DNA of 64,000 bases from an uncultured Gammaproteobacteria bacterium (GCA_964592105.1 CAZQBL010000016.1:2560-66559), one strand, 5' to 3'. Counted from the first letter of the stretch, positions 19,140-29,774 are shown. Numbers and translations are program-made. The notes: generated by a model not told the origin, from the sequence alone.

Positions 19140-22100
19140 ATGATATTTAGCGGGCTTCGGAAAAAAATATCAGACAGATTTCATAAATCTACGAAACTCT
19201 TTTCATTGAGCGCGTTTTCGGTGGCGGCAATTTTTTTATTAGGTGTAATTCTTATAATCATTCCCCACTCGGCCCAGGCCGGAATTGTCGAAACTTTGGG
19301 CGAGGGTCTGGCTTGGATAATTTTGCGGGTTGTTTCCTTGCTGGGAAAACTACTCGTGCTTATTATTAATTTATTTATCAACATCGCCCAGTACAATAAT
19401 TTCATCAATTCCGTGCCGGTGAGCGTGGGCTGGAGCATTGTGCGCGATGTCTGTAACATGTTTTTCATCGTGGCTCTCTTGGTTATCGCTTTTGGCACTA
19501 TTTTGAAAATCGAACGCTACCGCTACAACCGCCTGCTGGTCAACCTCATCATCATGGCCATACTTATCAATTTTTCCAAAGTCATCGCTGGTTTTTTTAT
19601 TGATTTCGGACAGGTAGTGATGATGACTTTTGTTAATGCCTTCAAAGACGCGGCCGCGGGCAATTTCACCCAGGCCTTCCGCATGAGGGAAATATTGGAG
19701 CTGCGGGATGATATTCCCGAAATTAACACCGCTGATTTTCTGGGAGCGGCCGTTTTAGCCCTAGCTATGGTGCTTATTGCCTTGGTGGTAATGATTGCTC
19801 TTTTGGTAGTGATTTTGGTCAGGATTATAATGTTGTGGATTCTGGTGGTGCTCTCCCCCTTGGCTTATCTGCTGTCGGTTTTGCCCGGCTCCTGGCAGCA
19901 GCAGTCCTCCAAGTGGTGGTCAAATTTTGGTAAATGGGTAGCTATTGGTCCGGTTCTGGCTTTTTTTGTCTGGTTGTCATTGACTGTTATCGGCGATCCG
20001 AGTGGCACCAAGGATTTTATTACTACAACCAAGGATGAGGTTAGCGCCAGCGGTCAGCTGGTAGAAACGGTAGGCAATGACAGGTTATCAGCGGCCATTA
20101 CTAAAGCCTCGTCAACTGATAACATGCTGGGATTTGCTTTGGGCATTTCCATGCTGATAATGGCGTTATTAACCGCCCAGCAAATGGGCGGGATAGCTGG
20201 AAATTTTGCGGGCAAGGCCCTAAATAAAATCCAAAGCGGTGCTATGGCCGTGACGGGCGCGCGCTGGGTTCAGGACAGATGGCGGGCTTTTCAGGGCATG
20301 CGTGAGCAAAAACGCAAAGAAAAAGCGGCCAGGTTTGGCGCCAGGGCTTATGGTATTTACGAAGGCGCTAAAAGCATCCCCGGAGCAGCGTTTAAAGCCG
20401 CGGGCAAAGGCATTGATTATGTCGCGGAGAAGGCCGGTAAAAAAATTGCTGGTGATGGCACTAGTAGATTCAGAAAGGGAGCCGGCTGGGTTGCCGAAAA
20501 AGCTATTAAAGTTGGTGCGCGCTCGTTAGTGGTTGGAGGCGCGGGCGCTTTGACTGGTGGAGCGGGTTTTGGCTTGGCGCTCGGGGGCGTCGCCACCCCG
20601 CTGGCTTTGACGACCGCCAAAATGATGAGGGAAGGCAGTAAGGGGGTAAGTGATTTTACGAAAAAATTGGAAAAAGGTTTCATGAACAGGGTCGCTGCTT
20701 CCATGACCGAAAAAGGCGATTTCGTGGATTCAAACGGAAAAGCAGTTGATTCAAGCGTGAGGGGTCATTACGCATATGATAACCGAGCCGGAGCTTATTT
20801 AAAGGATACAACCATGGCCAGGTTTAAAAATCTTGATTTACAGGGCGTTAGCTATGATGACACAGAAAAAAAATGGCAAGCTCATGTGAAGAGGTCTGAT
20901 GGTAGTATAGAAAAGATACATTTAGGAAACGACGAATTATTAACTAAAGATGGGTCGCTGGTTGATAAATATGGAAAAATTGAGGATGTTGATAACCCTG
21001 ATTTGAAGTATAAATATGATCAAGAAGCGATGACTTATTATCGGGTTAATGATCGCGGCGAAGCCGTGGATAAAGACGGAAGGATTGCCCAAAAATTAGA
21101 AGACCGCGTTTACGCTGGAGGTAAAAGGTTGCCTAAATTCGTTCAGGAACTGGGCTATGGTTGGGCTTTGGGCAGGACCCAGTCCTGGGCTTTGCGCGCC
21201 AGAGGTGAACAGGAAAGAATTAGCAAAAGTTCCCAGGAAATGATCGCGGCCGGGATTTCTCCGGAATTGATGCACCGCGGTCTTAATGATAACAATTTAT
21301 CCAATGACGCTCGTCTGGCTCGCGGTCTGGCTTTGGCGGCTAGAGACGGCTTCAAGGGTATGGACGTGTCCATGGCCCGCGCCGACGTGGAACTCATAAA
21401 GAAATTGACCGCCTCCAATACTTTATTGGCTAAAGAATTTCAGGAAAACATGTACAAGCGCTTTGCGCATTTGTACCATGATTTGTCCACGGAAACCGGC
21501 CGAGGCCAGCTGAAAAAAGCCGCGGCGGAAGGCCGGGTGGATTTAACCCGCCAGGACGATTCATCATTGACTCCAGATTTTTTGAAAGTTATGAGGGATC
21601 ATTTTGGTAAAAAATATCTATCTAAGCTGGAAGATGCCGCTTCAACTGATGATCGAGAGAAGAAGATAATCAGTTCTTTGAAGTCTTTGGTTAATGAGCT
21701 TGGCAATCAAGTAAGAGATGAAAAAGGTGATAAAAGGATTCTGCCCGATCGTTTGGCCTTGGCAAATATCAGTGGCGATCTGCCAACCGCACTGGGTCGA
21801 GTTATAAAAGATAAAGATACTGGTGAAGAGAGAATGAATCCAGAATATTCCAATAATGTCGCGGATTTCATTAAAAATGCTAAAGTTGAACATATTATCA
21901 AAATAAACCCTGATTTGATTGATATCGACGAAAACGGCCTGATAAATAATGAGGCAATTAAAAGATTGATTGATAAATATAATTTGCAAGGAGACGAGCA
22001 AGCGAAAATTGATCAGGCCAAGGCACTTATTAACGCTACGATAGAGGGCTTCAAGGCTATAGATAAAAATCAAATAAATTCCGTGCTCAGATCGAGAGAA

Positions 22101-22232
22101 GCAACACAGAGATTGAAGGTATTGATTGATAGGGTTTATAAAAAAACTCACGCAAATGAACAAGATAATGTGGATAAGCAAAATGATGGAGATCAGGATG
22201 AGGAAGAAGATAAGGGTTCAGCAATAAAATAA
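19140..22232 (+). CDS. VirB6/TrbL-like polytopic membrane protein with long cytoplasmic tail
   Basis: GWSIVRDVCNMFFIVALLVIAFGTIL, LINFSKVIAGFFID, RIIMLWILVVLSPLAY, KWWSNF; Gly/Ala-rich then charged tail; near prgI/virB4. Confidence 0.7.
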   Translation: MIFSGLRKKISDRFHKSTKLFSLSAFSVAAIFLLGVILIIIPHSAQAGIVETLGEGLAWIILRVVSLLGKLLVLIINLFINIAQYNNFINSVPVSVGWSIVRDVCNMFFIVALLVIAFGTILKIERYRYNRLLVNLIIMAILINFSKVIAGFFIDFGQVVMMTFVNAFKDAAAGNFTQAFRMREILELRDDIPEINTADFLGAAVLALAMVLIALVVMIALLVVILVRIIMLWILVVLSPLAYLLSVLPGSWQQQSSKWWSNFGKWVAIGPVLAFFVWLSLTVIGDPSGTKDFITTTKDEVSASGQLVETVGNDRLSAAITKASSTDNMLGFALGISMLIMALLTAQQMGGIAGNFAGKALNKIQSGAMAVTGARWVQDRWRAFQGMREQKRKEKAARFGARAYGIYEGAKSIPGAAFKAAGKGIDYVAEKAGKKIAGDGTSRFRKGAGWVAEKAIKVGARSLVVGGAGALTGGAGFGLALGGVATPLALTTAKMMREGSKGVSDFTKKLEKGFMNRVAASMTEKGDFVDSNGKAVDSSVRGHYAYDNRAGAYLKDTTMARFKNLDLQGVSYDDTEKKWQAHVKRSDGSIEKIHLGNDELLTKDGSLVDKYGKIEDVDNPDLKYKYDQEAMTYYRVNDRGEAVDKDGRIAQKLEDRVYAGGKRLPKFVQELGYGWALGRTQSWALRARGEQERISKSSQEMIAAGISPELMHRGLNDNNLSNDARLARGLALAARDGFKGMDVSMARADVELIKKLTASNTLLAKEFQENMYKRFAHLYHDLSTETGRGQLKKAAAEGRVDLTRQDDSSLTPDFLKVMRDHFGKKYLSKLEDAASTDDREKKIISSLKSLVNELGNQVRDEKGDKRILPDRLALANISGDLPTALGRVIKDKDTGEERMNPEYSNNVADFIKNAKVEHIIKINPDLIDIDENGLINNEAIKRLIDKYNLQGDEQAKIDQAKALINATIEGFKAIDKNQINSVLRSREATQRLKVLIDRVYKKTHANEQDNVDKQNDGDQDEEEDKGSAIK

Positions 22233-22351
22233 TCACCGAAAATCTTAATGAAAACCTCACTGATTATATGAATGACCCAAATAGAAAAAATCTAGTTGAT
22301 TTATATGAAGTGCGTCTCGCATAATGATAATAATTATTCTTAAGCAGTTTT

Positions 22352-23464
22352 ATGGACAATCATACAATTCCAGCCATAGACGACAAAAAAGAAAAGGAAG
22401 AGGCTTTACAGCTTTTCCGCGAAGGCATACGCGATGTTTTGTCTTTGGACCACCCGGATGACGGTTTTATTATCAGCCAGTTCAATTTTACTTTAATCAG
22501 GTTCATGCTTGAGGATCCTATGTTCAGGCGGAATATCGAACGGGCCTTGTACGAAAACAAAGAAGAGCTGACAGAAGGTAGTTTACTTCTGGGCGACAAA
22601 GAACAGCCACCGACGGTGGGCAACTGGCTTAAAGATTTTATCCAGCGCGAAGGCTCCGGGCTTTTTGATAACGTGGTTTTATCTCGTTATTTGACTAGTT
22701 CCCCAAACACCAGGCATATCTCAGAAAAAGATAGGCAGAAAGTTAGGAAGCTGTTGCGGCTGTACCGTAACTTCAAGTTTTTTCCAGAGAGCATGGCTGA
22801 CAGAATCGTCGCTCAATGGGAAATAATTCCCATGCCAGCCGGTGAGGAAGTTTTGACTAAGGCTGCCACTGTTAAGACGCCTGGTCAGCAGGGCGAAATT
22901 GAGAATATCGAATTTACTCCTTCGGCCAATCCTTTGGACATGCTTAAGGCTAAATACGAAACTTATCGCCTGAAACGCGAACCAGTCCTAAAAATCGAAG
23001 ACGAGCTTATAGTTAAAACCCGCGGTGAAATTTCTAAACTCTCCAGAGAGTTGTCAGTGGCTACGCGCACTGGCGATAAAAATAAAGCTATTGCCTGTCT
23101 GAAGCTAATGGCCAGGCAGGGAGCCTTATTGAATTCTTTGTATGACAATCTTTCTTGGCTGGCGGCGGTCTCGGAATACATTCAGAAAAAATACACTGGA
23201 AAATTTCCAGCTCCGGAGGTGGCCATGGCTGTAGCTAATTTGAAATTGGACGCCAAAAACCCGGCGGCCATTTCGGAATTACTACAGTACATTCTTAAGG
23301 AAAAATTAAAACTCAACGAAAACGATTCAGCGCTTATCGGCGTGGAAATAGGTCAGCTTTTGGGCGGGGCCTATCAGGGGCTGGCTTATGGCAATCAGGC
23401 CACGGGTAGTTTTGAGTGGAGCCAGAATAAGATTGTGGATAAGAAATTGGTTAGCGAGATTTAA
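22352..23464 (+). CDS. Hypothetical cytoplasmic protein in the T4SS-like cluster
   Basis: 370-aa ORF; PTVGNWLKDFI motif; no family recognised. Confidence 0.7.
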   Translation: MDNHTIPAIDDKKEKEEALQLFREGIRDVLSLDHPDDGFIISQFNFTLIRFMLEDPMFRRNIERALYENKEELTEGSLLLGDKEQPPTVGNWLKDFIQREGSGLFDNVVLSRYLTSSPNTRHISEKDRQKVRKLLRLYRNFKFFPESMADRIVAQWEIIPMPAGEEVLTKAATVKTPGQQGEIENIEFTPSANPLDMLKAKYETYRLKREPVLKIEDELIVKTRGEISKLSRELSVATRTGDKNKAIACLKLMARQGALLNSLYDNLSWLAAVSEYIQKKYTGKFPAPEVAMAVANLKLDAKNPAAISELLQYILKEKLKLNENDSALIGVEIGQLLGGAYQGLAYGNQATGSFEWSQNKIVDKKLVSEI

Positions 23465-23643
23465 ATGCTGTTTGCTGTCGTTGATATATCTGTTATGCTG
23501 AACCTGATTAAGCACATCTCTGATAATAATATCCGTGATGCCAAATTAAATTCAGGGTAATAAACGCGCATTTTTACGAGTTATTATTAAATGAAACAGA
23601 CAAGACCTTAAAAATACGGTGTTTTTTTAGTTATTTTTGTATT

Positions 23644-23672
23644 TTGATTTTTATATGTGTTTGTGCTATAAT
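23644..23672 (+). promoter_or_regulatory. Internal sigma70-type promoter
   Basis: TTGATT, 17 nt spacer, TATAAT with extended -10 TG, ~35 nt upstream of the 23707 start. Confidence 0.6.
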
Positions 23673-23706
23673 AAAACCACTTTGAGTTGATTTTTTGTAG
23701 TAAAAT

Positions 23707-25014
23707 ATGGTTGAGGAAAACCAAAACAATATCTTTCCCGGGGGCTTTTTAATCAAGGATAAAAGTGGCCAGTTAAAAAAAGTCCAAGACGATAAAATAG
23801 TGGATTATAAGCCGGTTGGCCCAACAATCACTTCAGGTCAGCCAGCAGAAATGACGTCAAAATCTCAGCCACTACCTAAGCAACCTGTAAGATCCCAGCC
23901 AAGACCAATAGCATCTACTCTCCCTCTAGCCCCTCAACCACCGCTGTCTTCCTCTCCTCATGCGGCTTTTTATTTTTCCCCGGAAGATGAGGACGAAATA
24001 AAAAAACATGCCGAAGCCCTGAAAGAGATAATGGCCAAGCCCACAGAAACCGTGGTGGTCTCGGATACGACAGACGTCAGTTCCGCGATTAAGAGTATTA
24101 TTCAGAAAAACGGTATTAATTTCAATGATGAGGTTTTGAATAAGCGTTTTGGCAAAGTGATGGAATCTTTTTTCAATGATGTTCGCACCGGGCTGGAAAC
24201 TGAGGAAGTGCTGACTCGCCCGCAGAAAATTGGCGGTTTAGCCTTGGCGCCTGAAGTAGCCAAAAAAATTGTGGATAATGCCATAACTGAAGCGAATAAA
24301 ATTAGGGCTGCCAAAATTTCGCCAATCATGACTGGAACTCAAGGCCGGCCATTGAAAACAGCAATGGTCGAAAAATCAGATTTAAGTAAGGCGCCGCCGG
24401 ATTTTATACCACGACCCCAGCCCAAACCCACTGCTCCCCCGGTACCGCCACCCTCGTCCATGCCCAGTCAGCCGTTGAAAACTAAAGTTGAAATTAGTCA
24501 GGCCGAAGAACCAAAAATAGCATCTTCTGTCTCCCGGCCGCCTTTGGCCACGAAATTTTCGGCACCGCCGACTCCCCCTGCCTCGCCGTTGGTTCTGGAG
24601 AGGCCTCAGGAGACGATGACGAACATCGCTTATAAAAGGCCGTCCGAGCCGAGCCGGCCGCAGATGGTAGATATCAAACAGCCGATTAAGGTTGTTGGAC
24701 CGGTTGAGGAAATGGCTGAAATAGATTTGGCGGAATTTCGCAAGTTCAGCCCCAACCCTTATGAGGCAGCCAAAAGAGTTTTGGAGAAAATCCAGCTGCT
24801 GCAAGAAGATTCTTGGCAGATGAGACTGGACGGCATCAAGGCCTGGAAAAAATCGGAAACCTATCAACTTTATTTGGCTTTGGGTCGTGAGAGTCTGGAA
24901 GGTGGTGTGGGTCTTGATAGCGTCATCAAAACGAGAAAGCAGGACAATAAGCCGTATTTGGAAAAAGAGGAGTTTCTGGCCATAAATGAACTTAATAATA
25001 GTTTGACTTTCTAA
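23707..25014 (+). CDS. Proline-rich hypothetical protein
   Basis: 435 aa; two Pro-rich linkers; domains LTRPQKIGGLAL and GPVEEM..GIKAWKKSETYQLY; 2 nt from prgI. Confidence 0.75.
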   Translation: MVEENQNNIFPGGFLIKDKSGQLKKVQDDKIVDYKPVGPTITSGQPAEMTSKSQPLPKQPVRSQPRPIASTLPLAPQPPLSSSPHAAFYFSPEDEDEIKKHAEALKEIMAKPTETVVVSDTTDVSSAIKSIIQKNGINFNDEVLNKRFGKVMESFFNDVRTGLETEEVLTRPQKIGGLALAPEVAKKIVDNAITEANKIRAAKISPIMTGTQGRPLKTAMVEKSDLSKAPPDFIPRPQPKPTAPPVPPPSSMPSQPLKTKVEISQAEEPKIASSVSRPPLATKFSAPPTPPASPLVLERPQETMTNIAYKRPSEPSRPQMVDIKQPIKVVGPVEEMAEIDLAEFRKFSPNPYEAAKRVLEKIQLLQEDSWQMRLDGIKAWKKSETYQLYLALGRESLEGGVGLDSVIKTRKQDNKPYLEKEEFLAINELNNSLTF

Positions 25015-25016
25015 AA

Positions 25017-25439
25017 ATGGATCAATTCGTTGTCCCACAATTCATCGACGTAGAAAACAAAATCATCGGTCCTTTGACCGTCAGGCAGTTTTTGACTTTT
25101 CTGGTAGGGGCCGGACTTATGTTTGTGGTTTTTAAGTTGGCCAGTTTTTGGCTGGCGGCTATAGAAAATTTGTTTATTTTTGCCCTGACCGGAGTTTTCG
25201 CTTTTTTCAAGATTAATGGCCGGCCATTTCATTATTTTGTTCTGAACATGATTCAGACTTTGCGCCGTCCGATTCTGAAAGTGTGGAATAAAGAGACATC
25301 CGTGATTCAAAAGAAAAAAGAAGACAAAAAGGAAGAGCCGCCCAAAATTATTGTTAAAAAACACGTGACCGCTTCGCGCTTAAGCGAGCTTTCGCTGGTG
25401 GTTGATACCGGCGGCGCGTATCGCGAAGGCGAAGTTTGA
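25017..25439 (+). CDS. PrgI-family (VirB3-like) membrane protein
   Basis: QFVVPQFIDVENKIIGPLTVRQF, two TMs, KINGRPF. Confidence 0.88.
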   Translation: MDQFVVPQFIDVENKIIGPLTVRQFLTFLVGAGLMFVVFKLASFWLAAIENLFIFALTGVFAFFKINGRPFHYFVLNMIQTLRRPILKVWNKETSVIQKKKEDKKEEPPKIIVKKHVTASRLSELSLVVDTGGAYREGEV

Positions 25440-25446
25440 TTGAGTA

Positions 25447-25514
25447 ATGTATTATTTTAAGAAATATGAGGACCAAGACTCAAGGAAATAAATTTTATAT
25501 TATACATTATTCAT
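25447..25514 (+). pseudogene. Internally deleted remnant of the four-helix-bundle cassette
   Basis: First 27 nt match 8770-8796 at 24/27 (MYYFKKYED vs MYNFKKYQD); followed by the same TTATACATTATTCAT trailer as 9135-9149. Confidence 0.6.
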
Positions 25515-25535
25515 AATAAATAATAAATTAAGAAC

Positions 25536-26219
25536 GTGGCTCAAGCTAAAGATAAAATTTCTAAAAAACAAACCCTGCCATCCACTCAGAAGTATTTACC
25601 TATTACCGAAATTCGAGATAATGTGATTATCATGAAAGACGGAACATTGCGCGGTGTGATTTTGGTGTCATCAATAAACTTTTCACTTAAATCGGAGGAG
25701 GAACAAAACGCCGTGATTCAAGGCTATATCCAATTTTTGAATTCTTTGGAATTTCCTTTGCAAGTTTTAGTTCAGTCGCGCAAGCTCAATATAGACGACT
25801 ATTTGGAACGGCTGAAAAACATTGAAAAAGAACAAACCAATGAACTTTTGAAGATGCAAACCAGGGAATACCGACAGTACATCGCCGAGCTGGTACAGCT
25901 GGCTGATATCATGAGTAAGAAGTTTTACATGGTGGTGCCTTTCTCCGCGGCCACCATGAAGTCCAAGGGTTTTTTTGCCCGCTTAAAAGAAGCGATTTCA
26001 CCGACTTCGGAAATTATAATCAAACAGAAAAAATTCGAAAACTACCGCTTGGAACTGGCTAAGCGCCTGGAATACATTATTGACGGTTTGAGCTCTATCG
26101 GCTTACAGGCCGTTCCTTTGGATACTCAGAGCTTGATCGAGCTTTTCTACAATACCTATAATCCGGACACATACGATCAGCAAAGGTTAGTGGACATCAA
26201 TAAACTCAATCTCGACTAA
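25536..26219 (+). CDS. VirB4/TraE N-terminal-like T4SS accessory protein
   Basis: STQKYLPITEIRDNVIIMKDG..SSINFSLKSEEEQ..FLNSL; lies between prgI and the ATPase; GTG start. Confidence 0.75.
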   Translation: MAQAKDKISKKQTLPSTQKYLPITEIRDNVIIMKDGTLRGVILVSSINFSLKSEEEQNAVIQGYIQFLNSLEFPLQVLVQSRKLNIDDYLERLKNIEKEQTNELLKMQTREYRQYIAELVQLADIMSKKFYMVVPFSAATMKSKGFFARLKEAISPTSEIIIKQKKFENYRLELAKRLEYIIDGLSSIGLQAVPLDTQSLIELFYNTYNPDTYDQQRLVDINKLNLD

Positions 26220-26221
26220 TT

Positions 26222-28114
26222 ATGGTGGAATTATTTCGCAAAACAAAAGTAATGCCGACCGAGACCCCGCCGGAGTTAAGCCCAGCAGAACAGCAGCAAC
26301 TGGCTCGCGAGCAGCTTGAAGAAAAAAAGGAATTATTGGAAGCGGAACGAGTTTATCGACGAGGCGTAACTACGGTTAAGGATTTAATTGCACCGGCTGC
26401 CATGAAAGTGGAGTCAAAATACTTGGAGCTTGGCTCGCAGTTCGTGCGCACGCTTTTTGTGGTCACTTACCCGCGTTATATCCGGGTAGGTTGGTTCGCG
26501 CCCATTATCAATCTCAACGTGCCTTTGGATATAGCCATGTATTATTATCCTATCGGCTCCGAAGTTATTCTAAAACAATTAAGGAATAAGGTCGGCGCTT
26601 TGGAGGCGCAAATATTGTCAGACGCGGAAAAAGGAGCCCCGCGCGATCCTATCCGCGAAACAGCTTTGCGGGATATTGAAAAATTACGTGATGATTTGAC
26701 CCAGGGCGTGGAGAGATTTTTCCAATTCGCCCTGTATGTGACTCTTTACGCGGGTAGCAAGGATGAGCTGGATAAGATATCCGAAAAAGTGGAATCATTA
26801 TTCGGTTCCAAGCTGGTTTATACCAAACGCGTGCTGTATCAGTCCGAGCAAGGGTTCAACTCTACTTTGCCTTTGGCTAATGATGAACTAGGTATCAGTT
26901 TCAATCTTTCTACTTCTCCATGCGCCTCGTCTTTTCCTTTCATTTCTTCGGAACTTACTTCTGACAACGGTATTCTTTACGGCATCAACCGCCATAATAA
27001 CAGTTTAATTTTGTTTGACCGATTTTCTTTGCAAAATGCTAATTCAGTAGTCTTTGCCACTTCCGGCGCCGGAAAAAGTTACGCCGTAAAACTGGAAATT
27101 TTGCGAAGTATGATGTTGGGCACGGACGTTATTGTTATCGACCCGGAAATGGAATACAAATATTTATCCGACGCGGTCGGCGGCACTTACATTAATATTT
27201 CATTAAGTTCAGAAAGCAAAATAAATCCTTTTGACCTGCCTCGCCCTACCCGCAAAGATGAAAAAACATCGGATATAATTCGTTCGGCGGTTATTACCTT
27301 AAAAGGTCTTTTGCGTCTAATGTTAGGTCAATTTACACACGAAGAAGATTCACTTGTTGATCGGGCGCTTATCGAAACATATGCCAAAAAAGATATTACC
27401 AGCGATTCGGATTTAACTCATATTGAGCCGCCAATTTTCAAGGATTTTGAGGAAGTGCTGGAAGGTATGGTCGGAGCTGAAGATCTGGTAGTGCGGTTGA
27501 AAAAATACACCGAGGGTACTTTCGCCGGTCTGCTGAACAATCCAACCAACGTGGAACTGAATAATCAGCTGGTGGTTTTTTCCGTGCGCGATCTGGAGGA
27601 CGAATTAAAACCAGTAGGCATCTCCCTGATCGTGTCTTATATTTGGAATGTGGTTCGCTCCAGACTGAAAAAGCGTATCATGGTTATTGACGAAGGTTGG
27701 TGGTTGATGCAACAGGAAGATTCGGCCAAGTTCATTTATGCCCTGGTCAAGCGCTGCCGTAAGTATTATTTGGGAGTTACGACCATTACTCAGGATGTGA
27801 ACGATTTTTTACGCTCTCCATACGGCCAGGCGATAGTTACCAATTCATCCATACAGTTGCTAATGAAACAATCCCCGGCGGCCATCGATCTTATTGCCAA
27901 AACTTTTTTACTGACCGAAGGTGAAAAATACCTTCTTCTGGAATGCGGCGTGGGCGAGGGTATATTCTTTGCCGGTTCAAAACATGCCGCCATTAAAATC
28001 GTAGCTTCCTATACCGAAGATCAAATAATCACTTCCGATCCTAGGCAGCTTTTGGAGATTGAGCAAGCCAAGAAAGAGTTTGATCAGGCGCAGATGCAAC
28101 AGACACAAGGGTAG
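26222..28114 (+). CDS. virB4: VirB4-like (TraE/ConE) secretion ATPase
   Basis: GILYGIN, Walker A ATSGAGKS, VIDPEMEY, INPFD, Walker B MVIDEGW, KRCRKY..TITQ. Confidence 0.9.
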   Translation: MVELFRKTKVMPTETPPELSPAEQQQLAREQLEEKKELLEAERVYRRGVTTVKDLIAPAAMKVESKYLELGSQFVRTLFVVTYPRYIRVGWFAPIINLNVPLDIAMYYYPIGSEVILKQLRNKVGALEAQILSDAEKGAPRDPIRETALRDIEKLRDDLTQGVERFFQFALYVTLYAGSKDELDKISEKVESLFGSKLVYTKRVLYQSEQGFNSTLPLANDELGISFNLSTSPCASSFPFISSELTSDNGILYGINRHNNSLILFDRFSLQNANSVVFATSGAGKSYAVKLEILRSMMLGTDVIVIDPEMEYKYLSDAVGGTYINISLSSESKINPFDLPRPTRKDEKTSDIIRSAVITLKGLLRLMLGQFTHEEDSLVDRALIETYAKKDITSDSDLTHIEPPIFKDFEEVLEGMVGAEDLVVRLKKYTEGTFAGLLNNPTNVELNNQLVVFSVRDLEDELKPVGISLIVSYIWNVVRSRLKKRIMVIDEGWWLMQQEDSAKFIYALVKRCRKYYLGVTTITQDVNDFLRSPYGQAIVTNSSIQLLMKQSPAAIDLIAKTFLLTEGEKYLLLECGVGEGIFFAGSKHAAIKIVASYTEDQIITSDPRQLLEIEQAKKEFDQAQMQQTQG

Positions 28115-28272
28115 TCGTTCGGAGGGACGTCGTCCTGGGTAAACGACCGAATAATCCTCATTCACGGAATTGATTTCACGTGAAGCAAATCAAGATTTAC
28201 ACCGTATATAAATTAACCAAACTGGAAAGATTTGACTGATTTCATATTACATATTATAAATGGATTAATAAA

Positions 28273-28297
28273 GATTCTTCGCTCCGCTCAGAATGGC
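28273..28297 (+). repeat. Half copy of a REP-like palindromic element
   Basis: GATTCTTCGCTCCGCTCAGAATGGC resembles the right arm of the common GTCATTCTGAGC..GAAGAATC / GATTCTTCGCT..GCTCAGAATGAC repeats (recalled consensus). Confidence 0.45.
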
Positions 28298-28337
28298 GAT
28301 GGTGGGCACATAATAATCAAAATAATAAATTATTTAT

Positions 28338-28916
28338 ATGGTCATGACCGAAAATAATAAAAGGATATTAATCGTTGTTGTTGTAGTTGTGATTGTCGCC
28401 GCGGCTTTCGTGATTTGGTGGTTGACACGACCAGCCGAAGAAATAATCGGCAACACCAATACCACGCCCGTGAACAACGCCCAAACTGTAGTTATCAACA
28501 CCAATACCGCCGCCAACCAGAATACCAACGCTCAAACCGAAGAGCAGGTAGCCATGGTGCGTTTGGCCAATCTTTTTACTGAGCGCTTCGGCAGCTATTC
28601 TTCTGAAGCGGAATTTCAGAATATTATTGATTTGAAAAAGTTTATGACGACTAAAATGCAATCTTGGGCCGATACTTACGTGACCACGCATAAAAAAACT
28701 CTTAATAGTCAAAGCACCTTTATATCCATAACTACCAAAGTGCTGTCAACTACAGTAAACAGTTTTTCGGATAAAAAAGCCGAGGTTCGCTCCACGACTT
28801 CGCGGGTTGAGGAGGGAGAAAATACCAATGACGTTAGAGCCTATAATCAGGATATTGTTTTACAGCTTGTAAAACAGGGGAATGACTGGAAAGTAGATAG
28901 TGCCTTTTGGCAATAA
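28338..28916 (+). CDS. Bitopic protein, probable VirB8/TcpC-like NTF2 fold
   Basis: N-terminal TM, NTN linker, FTERFGSYS, C-terminal LVKQGNDWKVD; directly after virB4. Confidence 0.6.
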   Translation: MVMTENNKRILIVVVVVVIVAAAFVIWWLTRPAEEIIGNTNTTPVNNAQTVVINTNTAANQNTNAQTEEQVAMVRLANLFTERFGSYSSEAEFQNIIDLKKFMTTKMQSWADTYVTTHKKTLNSQSTFISITTKVLSTTVNSFSDKKAEVRSTTSRVEEGENTNDVRAYNQDIVLQLVKQGNDWKVDSAFWQ

Positions 28917-28928
28917 ACTAACATCAAT

Positions 28929-29774
28929 ATGGCCATAGATTCCGCCGACAAACCCCAGTGGCTGAAGGACATGAATAAAAGGACTTCGGATTATGAGCGT
29001 GACATGAAAAGGCATTTGAATGAGGTCGAGAGGAAATCCAAAAAACCGGTGGATAATGCTTTGGAGCACGACAGGACTTTTCATGAAACTAAGCAGGAGC
29101 ATGACCGCCAATTCATGAAGCAAAAAATCGCTGAATACAGCCCGGAAGCCATGAGTAGCCGCGAGACCCAGATGAGAAGAGAGTATCTCCGGGCAAAACA
29201 GCAGGAGTACCTTAATATTCCTTCCCCCGGCCAAACAGAAGAGAGTGAGGAAGAAGAAGGGGCCAAGGAAAGTGGTGGAGAAACAGCGCTGGAGGAACAA
29301 CAGGGCGGCATCAAAGGCGCCTTGGCTCGCCAGAAACAGAAAGACAGTATGGCCTTGGAACAGGCCAACAAAGCCAAAGCTGCTCTGGCGGCCGGTGAAA
29401 TCGGAGAGTTGGATGCCACGGTGGTTATTAAATATAAGCTTTTATGGAGCTATGTACATGAGTTTTTTGAGGATTTAGCGCTTTCGTTTTTTGATATAAT
29501 GCTGTTTACCGGACCTTTGTGCGTGGCTTTCTTTCTGTTCAGGATATTGGGCATGTTGAGCATCGGCAGAATGTTTACAATAAATTTCAAAGACGTGAAA
29601 GTTCCTCTGGTGCCGACGTTTAGTATGGCCGAGGTGCCATTACGGGTGGGAAAAACACTGCTTATTGCCGTTATCAGCGGAACCATCTGGTTATTAATAA
29701 TATTTGCCGCCTGGGTCGTGACGCATCAATTGGAGTTTACTTGGGAGTCGATTAAGGCCTTTCTCGGAATTTAA
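28929..29774 (+). CDS. Hypothetical membrane protein (coiled N-terminus, C-terminal TMs)
   Basis: 281 aa; charged helical N-half and 2-3 TMs; in operon. Confidence 0.65.
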   Translation: MAIDSADKPQWLKDMNKRTSDYERDMKRHLNEVERKSKKPVDNALEHDRTFHETKQEHDRQFMKQKIAEYSPEAMSSRETQMRREYLRAKQQEYLNIPSPGQTEESEEEEGAKESGGETALEEQQGGIKGALARQKQKDSMALEQANKAKAALAAGEIGELDATVVIKYKLLWSYVHEFFEDLALSFFDIMLFTGPLCVAFFLFRILGMLSIGRMFTINFKDVKVPLVPTFSMAEVPLRVGKTLLIAVISGTIWLLIIFAAWVVTHQLEFTWESIKAFLGI

